This document shows, one piece after another, positions 48,101 to 60,360 of a stretch of DNA of 64,000 bases. Made by a program: the position numbers and the translations under genes. Position 1 is the first letter of the stretch; each line of letters begins with the position of its first letter. The notes under the pieces were generated by a model. The model saw only the letters and a list, made by a program, of their open reading frames with translations. It was not told the origin of the DNA and searched no databases. Source of the stretch: Octopus sinensis (taxonomy: Eukaryota); the NCBI RefSeq assembly GCF_006345805.1, contig NC_043009.1, positions 60,512,001-60,576,000 on the forward strand, read 5' to 3'.

Positions 48101-49025
48101 AGATCAAAGACGGTGTCGATAGAGATCAAAGGCGGTGCCGACAGAGGTGAAAGAGTGTGCCGACAAAGATCAAAGACGGTGCCGACAGAGATCAAAGCCG
48201 GTGCCGACAGAGATCAAAAACGGTGCCGGCAGAGATCAAAGTGTGTGCCGACAAAGATCAAACACGGTGCCGACAGAGATCAAAAAGTGTGCCGACAAAG
48301 ATCAAAGACGGTGCCGACAGATATCAAAGACGGTGCCGACATAGATCAAAGAGTGTGCCGACAAAGACCAAAGACGGTGCCGACAAAGATCAAAGACGGT
48401 GCCGACAGAGATCAAAGAGTGTGTCGACAAAGATCAAAGAGTATGCCAAGAAAGATCAAAGACGGTGCCGACAAAGATCAAAGACGGTGCCGACAGAGAT
48501 CAAAGAGTGTGCCGACAAAGATCAAAGACGGTGCCGACAAAGATCAAAGACGGTGCCGACAAAGATCAAAGAGTGTGCCGACAAAGATCAAAGACGGTGC
48601 CGACAGAGATCAAAGCCGGTGCCGACAGAGATCAAAGACGGTGCCGACAGAGATCAAAGTGTGTGCCGACAAAGATCAAACACGGTGCCGACAGAGATCA
48701 AAGACGGTGCCGATTAAGATCAAAGACGGTGCCGACAGATATCAAAGACGGTGCCGACATAGATCAAAGAATGTGCCGACAAAGACCAAAGACGGTGCCG
48801 ACAAAGATCAAAGACGTTGCCGACAGAGATCAAAGAGTGTGCCGACAAAGATCAAAGAGTGTGCCGAGAAAGATCAAAGACGGTGCCGACAAAGATCAAA
48901 GACGGTGCTGACAGAGATCAAAGAGTGTGCCGACAAAGATCAAAGATGGTGCCGACAATGATCAAAGACGGTGCCGCCAAAGATCAAAGACGGTGCCGAC
49001 AGATATCAAAGACGGTGCCAATAGA
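45127..49025 (+). repeat. 22-bp minisatellite GCCGACA(A/G)AGATCAAAGA(CG/GT)GT, roughly 175 units
   Basis: Contiguous tandem units without spacers; length about 3.9 kb. Confidence 0.97.
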
Positions 49026-49621
49026 TTTATAGATTACCTATGAGAATAGATAGACGTAAGCATGTTGCAAAATTTCCACTTATTTCTTGAGAGTCAAGAC
49101 TATTGAAAAGGTTTGCAAGACGCAACGAAAATTTTAGGAAAATAAAAATTAAAATAAGTGGAAATTTTACCGGTGAGTGTGTTACATTATAAGGCACAAA
49201 AAGAAAATGACTCTCCCCAGACATAACAAAATATGCTTCAACACACGAACTCATATAAAGAATCTTGCAAACCAAATCCAAAAAGTTAAAACAGCAGGTA
49301 TCATTAACATCGGACTTCAGATTCGTAATCAGCATCATAAATTAACACAGAAAAGTCAATCAGCAGTCTGATGATTAAAAAAAAAGTTTCATTTCGTTGA
49401 CCAGTGTAATTGTAAGAGCATAGGTAATTGTAGCAGCTCGGCACCTGAAGAAGCAGATACGTACTGTCCGATGGCGTCGTGGACCGATGGCGTCGTGGAT
49501 CGATGGTGTCGTGGACTGATGGACGGCTCAGGATCTCAGATCTCCAGGCGGAGAATTGAGAGTGAGTGATGAGCATGTGCTCAATCTTGCCAGAAATGAG
49601 CAGGGAGAAATAAGGCTGTGG

Positions 49622-49850
49622 GCTAAGCAGAAACGTTAGCACGCCGGGCGCGAAATGCTTAGCAGTATTTCGTCTGCCGCTACGTTCTGAGTTCAAATTC
49701 CGCCGAGGTCGATAAATTAAGTACCAGTTACGAACTGGGGGGTCGATGTAATCGACTTAATCCGTTTGTCTGTCCTTGTTTGTCCCCTCTGTGTTTAGCC
49801 CTTTATGGCTAGTAAAGAAATAGGTATTTCGCCTGCCGCTACGTTCTGAG
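49622..49850 (+). mobile_element. SINE family A with internal deletion and tandem junction
   Basis: Junction at 49823/49824. Confidence 0.8.
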
Positions 49851-49890
49851 TGGTGGTGGTGGTGGTGGTGGTGGTGGTAGTGGTGGTGGT

Positions 49891-49923
<33 letters not shown>

Positions 49924-49944
49924 TGTGGTGATGGTGGTGGTGGT

Positions 49945-49992
<48 letters not shown>

Positions 49993-50018
49993 TGGTGGTG
50001 GTTGTGGTGGTGGTGGTG

Positions 50019-50053
<35 letters not shown>

Positions 50054-50055
50054 GT
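49850..50055. repeat. (GGT)n/(AGT)n microsatellite
   Basis: Visible. Confidence 0.95.
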
Positions 50056-50248
50056 TTTCTACGGAGGGCTTGAATTATCATTGATAGTTATTTCGTAGTT
50101 AGCTGGTGGGGTGGGAATTTGACAGAGGTCGTCATACCATCCAATCAAGTTTTATTTTTAGTAAACAAATATTTGAAAGGTATTATAACATGTTAAATGT
50201 AAACTTGTCTTTAATTGCACGTTATGTGCTAATATATACAAATGATAG

Positions 50249-50758
50249 GGCGGCGAGCTGGCAGAATCGTTAGCACGCCGGGTGAAATGCTTTGTGGTAT
50301 TTCGTCTGCCGCTACGTTCTGAGTTCAAATTCCGCCGAGGTCGACTTTGCCTTTCATCCCTTCGGGGTCGATTAAATAAGTACCAGTTACGCACTGGGGT
50401 CGATGTAATCGACTTAATCCGTTTGTCTGTCCTTGTTTGTCCTCTCTGTGTTTAGCCCCTTGTGGGTAATAAAGAAATGGGTATTTCGTCTGCCGCTACG
50501 TTCTGAGTTCAAATTCCGCCGAGGTCGACTTTGCCTTTCATCCCTTCGGGGTCGATAAATTAAGTACCAGTTACGCACTGGGGTCGATGTAATCGACTTA
50601 ATCCGTTTGTCTGTCCTTGTTTGTCCTCTCTGTGTTTAGCCCCTTGTGGGTAGTAAAGAAATAGGTATTTCGTCTGTCTTTATGTTCTGAGTTCAAATTC
50701 CGCCGAGGTTGACTTTGCCTTTCATCCTTTCAGGAATCGATAAATTAAGTACCAGTTA
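50249..50758 (+). mobile_element. SINE family A tandem array
   Basis: Junctions at 50480 and 50664. Confidence 0.9.
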
Positions 50759-51011
50759 TCAAAAAAAAAAATGACAGTGCTCCAGTATGGGCCGCAGCCA
50801 AATAACTGAAACAAGTAAAAGAATACATAAAATTTATACAAACATAAAAACAAACCTGAATATATTTGAAATTATAACATTCTTACGAAATCCCTAAAAA
50901 AATGGAGCGAAAATTGAAAATAACATGACTGAACGAATGGAAGAACTGCAACTAAGTGACGCATGTAGAGCATGTGCTACCCGGGTCTCTTGACTGAGCA
51001 GCCTATATAAA

Positions 51012-51240
51012 GTGGCGAGCTGGCAGAAACGTTAGCGCGCCGGGCGATATGCTTAGCCGTATTTCGTCTGTCGTTACGTTCCGAGTTCAAATTCCGCCGA
51101 GGTCGACTTTGCCTTTCATCCTTTCGGGGTCGATAAATAAAGTACCAGATTCGCACCGGGATCGATGCAATCGACTTAATCCCTTTGTCTGTCATTGTTT
51201 GTCCCCTCTATGTTTAGCCCCCTGTGGGCAATAAAGAAAT
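51012..51240 (+). mobile_element. SINE family A
   Basis: Full-length match. Confidence 0.85.
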
Positions 51241-51259
51241 ATATATTGGGTTTGCTGTA

Positions 51260-52040
51260 TAGGCCTATATTAGGCATGCTGGTCATGATCAGTGCACACA
51301 CGTTCTCAGCTATTCCACACATGTCAAGTGTTTGCAGAATCCACGAATGCAGCAACATGTAAACCTTTTCTAAAACCTATCCAAGACATTCACAAGTGTT
51401 TTTTGTTTTTTTTTGCGGGGGTGGGGTACCGTTTGCAGTTCATTACGACCTAGTCCATCACAAAGTGGTCGTTTGTGCCCTTGGATCCTTTTTCGGCGAG
51501 GATGCCCGTTAATATTTTCCATAATATTTTCCGTTTGTCTGTCCTTGTTTGTCCTCTCTGTGTTTAGCCCCTTGTGGGTAATAAAGAAATAGATATTTCG
51601 TCCGTCGCTACGCTCTGAGTTCAAATTCGCCCAGGTCGATTTTGCCTTTCATCCTTTCGGGGTCGATAAATTAAGTACCAATTGGGGTCGGTAATTCCCA
51701 ACATCATTGCCCTTTGGTCGATCTTTCATCAACCCATTCCGGAAATGCACTACTCTGTAGGCAATTGTATAATTGCAACCCAATTCGTTTTTGTGTTGAC
51801 CTAAACCAATTGAGCCAGAAGCCGTGAATTGCGTCTGATCTTACTGCTTTCAAGTTTGACCATTTAGATACCTGTGTAAATACATCTTCCATTGTTGGTC
51901 GTATATGGACCTGTCATGGAGCTTCGGACCTCACGAAATGCTTCCACTTAGTACCGTGGTTGTAGCACCTCTTGCCCCCGGAAGTTATTCCAAAATTGGC
52001 GGGTTTCCTCTGTTCAAGAGGTATGTATCTTCTGTATCAC
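51260..52040 (-). mobile_element. R4/Dong-like non-LTR RT fragments, interrupted by SINE A
   Basis: DAIHGFWLNWF...CLQSSAFPEW, SKGTNDHFVMD and LHSWILQTLDMCGI. Confidence 0.6.
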
Positions 52041-52054
52041 CACCTGAGCTCCTA

Positions 52055-52061
52055 CAAAAAA

Positions 52062-52110
<49 letters not shown>

Positions 52111-52144
52111 GTTATTATTATTATTATTTATTATTATTATTATC

Positions 52145-52195
<51 letters not shown>
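52055..52195. repeat. (ATT)n microsatellite
   Basis: Visible; others at 54213-54470 and 54655-54720. Confidence 0.95.
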
Positions 52196-52196
<1 letters not shown>

Positions 52197-52197
<1 letters not shown>

Positions 52198-52684
52198 GCG
52201 GCGAGCTGGCAGAAACGTTAGCACGCCAGGCGAAATGTTTAGCAGTATTTCGTCTGTCGCTACGTTCTGAGTTCAAATCATTTGCGCTCCAGGCAAAATG
52301 CTTAGCGGCACATCGTCAGTTTTTACTTTCTGAGTTCAAATTCCGCTGAGATTGGCTTTGTCTTTCAGCTTTTCAGGGTCGATAAATTAAGTACCAGTGA
52401 AACACTGGGGTCGATGTAATCGACTAGTTCCTTACCGCAAAATTACAAGCCGTCTGCCTTTAGTAGAAGGGCTTATTATCATAATTATTCGAAAATTTAA
52501 TGGAGTATTTGAGTCTTCATTCATGATTATTTAGTAGTTAGGGAGGAGATTTGACAGAGATGATCATACATTCAATCAAGCTTTATTTTTAGACACGTTT
52601 GACATGTCAAATGTAAGCTTGTCTTTAATTGCACGTTAGATATAAATATACACGAAATATTTTCACACACACACACACACACAC

Positions 52685-52728
<44 letters not shown>

Positions 52729-53420
52729 TCACACACACACACACACACACACACGATTATATGAAAATATTTCGGACAATATTCGGACATTAATAAGGCG
52801 GCGAGCTGGCAGAATCGTTAGTGCGCCGGGCGAAATGTTTCGTCTACCGTTACGTTCTGAGTTCAAATTCCGCCGAGGTCGACTTTGCTTTTCATCCTTT
52901 TGGGGTCGATTAAATAAGTACCAATTACGCACTGGGATCGATGTAATCGACTTAATCCCTTTTTCTGTCCTTGTTTGTCCCCTCTGTGTGTAGCCCCTTG
53001 TGGGTAGTAAAGATATGGGTATTTCGTCCGTCCTTACATTCAGAGTTCAAATTCCGCCGAGATCGACTTCGCCTTTCATCCTTTCGGAGTCGATAGATTA
53101 AATACCAGTGAAACACTGGGGTCGATGTCATCGACTAGTCTCCTCCGCACAATTTTTAGGCCTCGTGTCTTTTGTAGAAAGGATCATTATTATTATTACT
53201 ACTAAGGCGGTGACCTGACAGAATTGTTTGAGTGTTGGACCAAATGCTTTCTGGACAAAACGCTTAGCGATATTTCATCCGTCGCTACGTTCTGAGTTCA
53301 AATTCCGCCGAGGTCGACTTTGCCTTTCATCCTTAAGTACCAGTTATGCACTGGAGTCGATGTAATCGACTAGTCTCCTCAACGCACATTTCAGGCCTTG
53401 TGCCTATGATAGAAAAGAAT
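52197..53420 (+). mobile_element. Cluster of SINE family A copies (52197-52460, 52797-53180, 53205-53420)
   Basis: Matches to family A with alternative 3' tails. Confidence 0.8.
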
Positions 53421-53429
53421 ATTATTTAG

Positions 53430-53720
53430 TGCCCTCCATTTTAGTTGCTCTCGTTAATTCTATAAGAGCGGACAGGAACCCCTTGTCAAAGATCTCACAG
53501 GTTCTTTTTCCACGATACTTAACACCCAAATGCGAATCTCAAAATCCTTGCAGTCCTCAATAGAGCAGCTTTTTGAGTATGTTCTATCTTCATATCAATT
53601 CCAATTTCTCCGCTATATTTCTCAAGCCTGGTTGTTAATATTCTCAGTGTCCCTCCTGGATGACAGCTATTTTCGTTGTTTTTATTTGGACAATTTCGTC
53701 TTTTAGTAGCATGTATTTTT
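53430..53720 (-). mobile_element. R4/Dong-like LINE ORF C-terminus
   Basis: GTLRILTTRLEKYSGEIGIDMKIEHTQKAALLRTARILRFAFGC*. Confidence 0.6.
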
Positions 53721-53814
53721 TCATCTTTTCCACCTCTTCGTCACCCACGCGAGCGTTCCCAGGTATATCCTCCCAAATACCAGGCCTTCTGCCTTTCGTA
53801 GAAAGGATTACTCT

Positions 53815-54207
53815 CTCTTTACTCTTTACTTGTTTCAGTCATATGACTGTGGCCATGCTGGAGCACCGCCTTTAGTCGAGCAAATTGACCCCAGGACTTA
53901 TGCAAGCCTAGTACTTAATCTATCGGTCTCTTTTGTCGAACTGCTATTTTACGGGGACGTAAACACACCACCATCGGTTGTCAAGCGATGTTGCGCGGAC
54001 AAACACAAACACATAAACACACACACACACACATACACATATATACGACGGGCTTCTTTCAGTTTCTGTCTACCAAATCCACTCACAAGGCTTTGGTCGG
54101 CCGAGGCTATAGTAGAAGACACTTGCCCAAGATGCCACGCAGTGGGACTGAACCCGGAACCATGTGGTTGGTAAGCAAGTTACTTACCACACACCCACTT
54201 CTGCGCC
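53815..54207 (-). mobile_element. SINE family C
   Basis: Full-length match. Confidence 0.9.
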
Positions 54208-54211
54208 TGGA

Positions 54212-54296
<85 letters not shown>

Positions 54297-54333
54297 GTTG
54301 TTGTTGTTATTATTATTGTTGTTATTATTATTA

Positions 54334-54389
<56 letters not shown>

Positions 54390-54650
54390 GTTGTTGTTGT
54401 TGTTATTATTATTGTTGTTATTATTATTATTGTTATTATTATTATTATTATTATTATATTATTATTATTATATGTTTGACTTTTGCTTTATGTCTGTACA
54501 AGTTGGCTCCAAGTCTCACCCAGAGACCTCAAGAGACAACAGGTTAGAAGTTCTGTGCCATATACTTGGGGTCTTTTTTTTTTTTTGGTGTTGTACTAGT
54601 GAATGTCTAATACATAAAAATAAAAAATAAACAAATAAAAAAAAAGAAAA

Positions 54651-54723
<73 letters not shown>

Positions 54724-54914
54724 AGAGTCTTATTTTTATCACGTGCTTTCACTACACTACCGAGCGCAGCTCTGTGTGCCTTGGGTATATGCTGTGGTTT
54801 GTTGTGATGCTCTCATTTTTACTGTGTTGAAAGTGTTTTACGTAGGATGTTGCGGTGCCTAGTAGTGATATTTTCTGTATGTTATATATACTTGTTAGTG
54901 CTGGTTATTATCCT

Positions 54915-55455
54915 TATGTGAGAGGGCAGTGCATGCCATCAAAGTGAAACTGGAGTAAAATATACGAAGCCCAGTATACCCACCATGACTACCCGTCTGA
55001 TAAGAGTACACCAGGCACATGCATCACAACCATATATGCGCGACATGGTGATCTCATATTAAGATAAACTGCACATGACCTTGCAGATGGGGCCCAGTTA
55101 AAATTTTCTTCTGGTCGATTAACCCATCCCGCTCAAAAGGTCCCTGAATAAGGGTTGTTTAAGGATGTTGAACGAACCACCCATGTTTCCAAAGATGAAT
55201 TATCCAAACCTCCAAGAATTCCTTTCAACACACGGCTATGATGCTCCCCCTCTACTTCTGCTCATGATCAGAGATGCACATATCGTCAGCCACTAGGGGA
55301 CATGCTCAAACAACTGACAAGCAAATCTGTTGTATTGAGCAGAATATTTGCTGTAGCCCATTTTTTATACCAAGACAAAACAATGTACATGATAACACTT
55401 CCAATCAGTTAAGATCAGAAGCCATGAGAGCCACTGCCTGGTACTATTATTATTA
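54915..55455 (+). mobile_element. Probable retroposon with (ATT)n tail, unclassified
   Basis: Higher-complexity 530-bp block ending in (ATT)n; single copy in the window. Confidence 0.35.
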
Positions 55456-55705
55456 TTATTTTATTGCTTATAGCAGCTATTAGAAGACTATATTACGTCA
55501 CTATTTATACACTCATTGGTGTGCATGTGATGACAGAAATATGCATACATGCCTACCTAACTGGTATTGTCTGAATTTCAATGAAAGAGCCCGGTTTCTT
55601 GGCTAGAAACAGGTTGTTTGTCAATTACTTAGATATAGAAAAAGGTGTAGGCGTGTATGTGTGTGTGTGCGTGTGTGTGTGCGTGTGTATGTGTATGTGT
55701 GCGAA

Positions 55706-55960
55706 ATATCAAGTGACCTGATAAGCCATTTAAGAACACACAAAAACCATTAGATTCACTTCTTATTTAATTTGTGTCAAAATATTTTCGCCGCTTTGAA
55801 ACCGCAATCTGTTTGCAGACGAAGTTTTGTCAGTGAATAGGTCGCGATTTCAAAGCGACGAAAATGTTTTGACAAATTAAATTAAAATTTTGAAGTGATA
55901 CTGACGGTTTTTGTGTGTTCTTAAATAACTTATAAACACCTTCCACGCTGCAATTGTTAT
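55706..55960. repeat. Imperfect palindrome of the repeat family seen at 18955-19165
   Basis: Shared TAAGCCATTTAAGAACACACAAAA and GCAGCGTGGAAGGTGTTT blocks. Confidence 0.75.
55826..55876 (+). ncRNA. Hammerhead-like motif, G3-U8 version of the 19096 motif
   Basis: TTTGTCA GTGAATA G GTCGC gatttcaaa GCGAC GAAA ATGTT T TGACAAA. Confidence 0.4.
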
Positions 55961-56372
55961 TGTATATACATATGTATAAATATATCATCATAATCAATTT
56001 AAGCCCCTGTTCAAATGCTAGATTATTTGACAAGGTCACATGAACTACAGGTCAACACTGAGCTCCTGTGTCAGCTTTGGCATGGTTTCTACGGCTGGAT
56101 GCCTTTCCTAATGCCAGTTACTTCACTGTATGTACTCCGCGTTTCGAAGGTAAGGACAAGACGCGACTTCGTTGAAACAATCCTTCCCGAAAAGCAAATT
56201 AAATAAAATTTGGGATTTTTTTGGCGGAGGGTGAAAGTGGTAACAAGAACAGGACAGTGATATATATATAAACGGCGGTGCATCAGCATGGCCGCAGCTC
56301 TGAGCTGAAACTAGAGAAAAAAATATATATATATATCGGGTTCACATGCACAGGACTTGACAAGGGCACACT

Positions 56373-56712
56373 ATGAGAGCCCCTTTGGTCATGACTGACC
56401 ATGGGATTGCACCTAGAAAGTTACCCTTCCAGGCACAAGTCCGGGTAAGGTTGTTTATGGAAGACCAGCAGTCGCCCATGCATACAGGCCTCCCCTCTCC
56501 ACGCCACAAGTGTTATCCAAGGGAAAGGCAAAGGGGCCGACACAGCTTGGCACCTGTGATGTTGCAACTCATTTCTACAGCTGAGTGAACTGGAGCAACG
56601 TGAAATAAAGTGTCTTGCTCAAGAACACAACACGTAGCCCGGTCCGGGATTGGAACTCACAACCTCGCGATCGTAAGCTCGACACTCAAACCACTGAGCA
56701 ATGCGCCTTCAC
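56373..56712 (-). mobile_element. tRNA-derived SINE related to family E
   Basis: Head and TTCTTGAGCAAGACACTTTATTTCACGTTGCTCCAG block shared with 30056. Confidence 0.7.
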
Positions 56713-57274
56713 AGGGCAGACTACCACTAGGCTAAGTGCACATGCATATATATGCATACACACACACGTGTGTGAGTGTGTGTGTGTGTGCGTGCGTGCA
56801 TGCATGTATACACATACGCATGCGCATATGGTGAATTGAGCGAAGCGGTCCAGCATCGGCTAGATTCGATCGCAGTATCCTAGATCTTTGCATTGTTAGT
56901 TCAAATTACGTTTCCGGGTCGATAAATAAACTGCTGTCCGCCCGACTGTCTCCACTTCAGAAAGAAATCGACTGCGTGAGAACCACATCAATGCCCAAGG
57001 CTCGCAAATTACCGTGACAGAAAATTCTGTGATTCCACGGGGTAACGCGTATGTGTGAGCATATATGTGCGCGCGCGCGTGTATGTGTGTGTGTGTGGAG
57101 TGTGTGTGCGTGCGCGCGTATCTACATACATATATATATAAACATATATGTGTCTCAAATTAAAAACTATTTTCCAATGAAAAGATTATTTTCTTCTTAT
57201 TATTACTGGTCTGTAACTATATTAAGGCACCGCCTTCATGCCAGCATGGGCGTATACTTTGTGTGTGTGTGTGT

Positions 57275-57314
<40 letters not shown>

Positions 57315-57348
57315 GGTGTGTGTGTGTGTGGTGTGTGTGTGTGTCTGT

Positions 57349-57394
<46 letters not shown>

Positions 57395-57638
57395 ATGAAT
57401 TATATATATATATAGAAATATACAAATATCGTCACCTAGAAACCTACATATATACGTTTACATTATTATGTACATGCGTGCATACCCACACACATATATG
57501 CATGTATGTATAGTCATTCATATATTAATACATTGCTAGGTGGATCCGTGAAAAATTCACGGAAAATATAAGAAATGTACGCAACAGTAAATTGTGTGCT
57601 GGTGCCATGCGAAATGTTTCTATATTGTGACAGTTAAA

Positions 57639-58373
57639 GGCGGCGAGCTAGCAGAATCGTTAGCACGCCGGCCAAAATGCTTTGCAGTATTTTGTCAGTC
57701 TTTACGTCCTGAGTTCAAATTCTGCCAAGGCCGAGGTCGACTTTGCCTTTCATCCTTTCGGGGTCGATAAATTAAGTACCAGTTACGCGCTGGGATCGAT
57801 CTAATCGACTTAATCCCTTTGTCTGTCCTTGCTTGTCCCCTCTATATTTGACCTCTTGTGGGCAATAAAGAAATAAGAATCGTTAGCACGCCGGGCAAAA
57901 TGCTTTGTGGTATTTCGTCCGCCGTTACGTTCTGAGTTCAAATTCTGCCAAGGCCGAGGTCGACTTTGTCTTTCATCCTTTCGGGGTCGATAAATTAAGT
58001 ACCAGTTACGCGCTGGGATCGATCTAATCGACTTAATCCCTTTGTCCGTCCTTGCTTGTCCCCTCTATGTTTAGCTTCTTGTGGGCAATAAAGAAATAAG
58101 AATCGTTAGCACGCCGGGCGAAATGCTTTGTGGTATTTCGTCCTATTTCTTTACTACCCACAAGGGGCTAAACACAGAGAAGACAAACAAGGACAGACAT
58201 AGGTATTAAGTCGATTACATCGACCCCAATGCGTAACTGGTACTTAATTTATCGACCCCGAAAGAATGAAAGGCAAAGTCGACCTCGGCGGAATTTGAAC
58301 TCACAACGTAACGCAGACGAAATACGGCTAAGCATTTCGCCCGGCGTGCTAACGTTTCTGCCAGCTCGCCGCC
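57639..58373. mobile_element. SINE family A: plus-strand tandem (57639-58140) abutting a minus-strand copy (58143-58373)
   Basis: Alternative junction AAAGAAATAAG|AATCGTTAGC; forms an inverted repeat. Confidence 0.85.
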
Positions 58374-58459
58374 TTGCTTTGTGGTATTTCGATATTTCAC
58401 GTAAAACGACGGGACTTCTAATCAGCGTGAAAATAACGCAAACTCTTCTGTAGTGAGGT

Positions 58460-58712
58460 AAGCAAGCTACTTACCACACATCCACTGTATATATTCTTTT
58501 ACCCTTTTATTTGTTTCCGTTATTTGACTGTGAACATGCTGGAGCGCCACCTTAAGGGTTTTAGTCGAAGAAATTGATCCCAGGACTTATTCTGTACTGT
58601 AAGCCTAGAACTTACTCAATCGGTGTCTTTTGCCGAACTGCTAAGTTACGGGGATATAAACACACCAGCATCAGTTGTCAAGTAGTGGTGGGGGTGGACA
58701 AACACAGACACA

Positions 58713-58720
<8 letters not shown>
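58460..58720 (-). mobile_element. SINE family C, deleted
   Basis: Tail plus head fragment. Confidence 0.7.
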
Positions 58721-58758
<38 letters not shown>

Positions 58759-59170
58759 CACGCACACACACACACACACAACACACACACACACACACAC
58801 ACTATTATGGAGAAAGCTACTTTTTAATTAGGTATATAACAATTGCAATTATTAAAGGGCTGATCGTCTGGAAATTTTTTTGTAAATTCATGTTCTAAGA
58901 AATTTCCTATAATTTCGATTTCTAAAGTTTATTGAATTTTTTAACTCCAATTTCTCGCAAATTTAAATATTCATTGCATTCACTGCGGACCATTCCATTC
59001 TCATTTGCAAAGTCTCTCAATTTCTCTTTTAAGTTTTCATTCACTATTTGGAAAACCGACAGTTTATTCAATTAATGTATACGTAATGCAAAAATATTAC
59101 TTATTAAATGAAATATTCCTGAAAAAATTCAGTTATCGAGGTAATCAAGATAGCATATTTTGCTTGCCTC

Positions 59171-59230
59171 GATAACTGAAGAGATGCCGGTGCAGGTTTC
59201 CGTCCCGACATCCGAAACTCGGAGTTTTAT
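59171..59230 (+). ncRNA. Hammerhead-like motif, same family as 29329
   Basis: GATAA CTGAAGA GATG...CATC C GAAA CTC G GAG T T TTAT. Confidence 0.45.
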
Positions 59231-59288
59231 TACGGCAACGAATAATTGTCGCATATTATATTACACACACACACACACAACATACTTT

Positions 59289-59371
<83 letters not shown>

Positions 59372-59494
59372 TCAGTGGTGACTCCAGTACTCGGGCTGTT
59401 CGGGTTTAGCTTGGGTACAAATTTAATAAAGTAGACGCGTATTTGCAAGCTGATTTAATTTCTGCCAACACTGACTTCAAGTATGTAATTGCAG

Positions 59495-59613
59495 CCCATA
59501 ACTCGGGCCCCTACTATTGAAGGTGAGCAGTCAATTGTGATCTCTGTGGAAGAGGGAACGAAGGCGGGTGAGGGGACTGAGGACTCCTCGGGAAGGGCCG
59601 CAAGAGGAAGAAG
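59495..59613 (+). CDS. Candidate exon: PITRAPTIEGEQSIVISVEEGTKAGEGTEDSSGRAARGR
   Basis: TAATTGCAG acceptor, AAG|GTGAGC donors at 59522 and 59613, GC-rich and stop-free in phase 0; no partner exon found. Confidence 0.35.
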
Positions 59614-60360
59614 GTGAGCAACAATGGTCGCAGTCAATTTATTTTCGTTTATCGTCTGGCAGTCGTCTCAGAGGTGCCCTGTCTCAAAAAATATCATTCG
59701 TAGCAGACGTTCTCCTGACATCATTCTATGGATGGGAATCGAAATCGCGATCCTATGACCGCGAGTCCGCTGCCCTAACCACTGGGCCATTGCGCCCCCA
59801 CTGACATCATTCACACACACCTGACTCAGGATCAGAATTTACAGCCCGAGTTGTTATCTATAATCGTAAAAATTAAAAGTAATTCAAACTCAATGTTTTC
59901 TTGAAACAATAAACTGCTATAGAGATTAGGATTTAAATTCCAATCTATGAAAAGTTTCCGTTCTACAATATTCTTAAAGGAACGAAAAATTATCCAGCAA
60001 CTCGGGCAAATACGAACGAACTTGATAGGTGTGAAAGACTAACTGGCATCTCTTGTCAAGAGTACAGGCGACAGTCAGACCGCTCGTGTTTGTTGTGCAC
60101 TCCGCTGTTCTTATTTGATTGCTGTTATTCTGTGCGTCCCCGTGTAAAGATCAGTTGTGTTTTGCAGGGTTGCTTTACTCTTACCCTTAAGTTAGAAATG
60201 GAGAAAGACATAGTGCTAGATATAACAAAAAAAAAAAAGCCATTCGGAGCGCTAGAAATATTGCGGGAAAAGTGAAATTCGTTGAGCAGGCATGTGTCTT
60301 ATACGTAGTCTGTGTAGAGCCCGAGTGACGCTGATGACTTGGAGTCGCCTCTGATATATA

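Noticed and set aside
45142-49032. Many overlapping 70-510 aa ORFs; also a possible CRISPR-like array
   Set aside because: A stop-free 22-bp tandem unit explains the ORFs; units are contiguous with no unique spacers and the context is eukaryotic.
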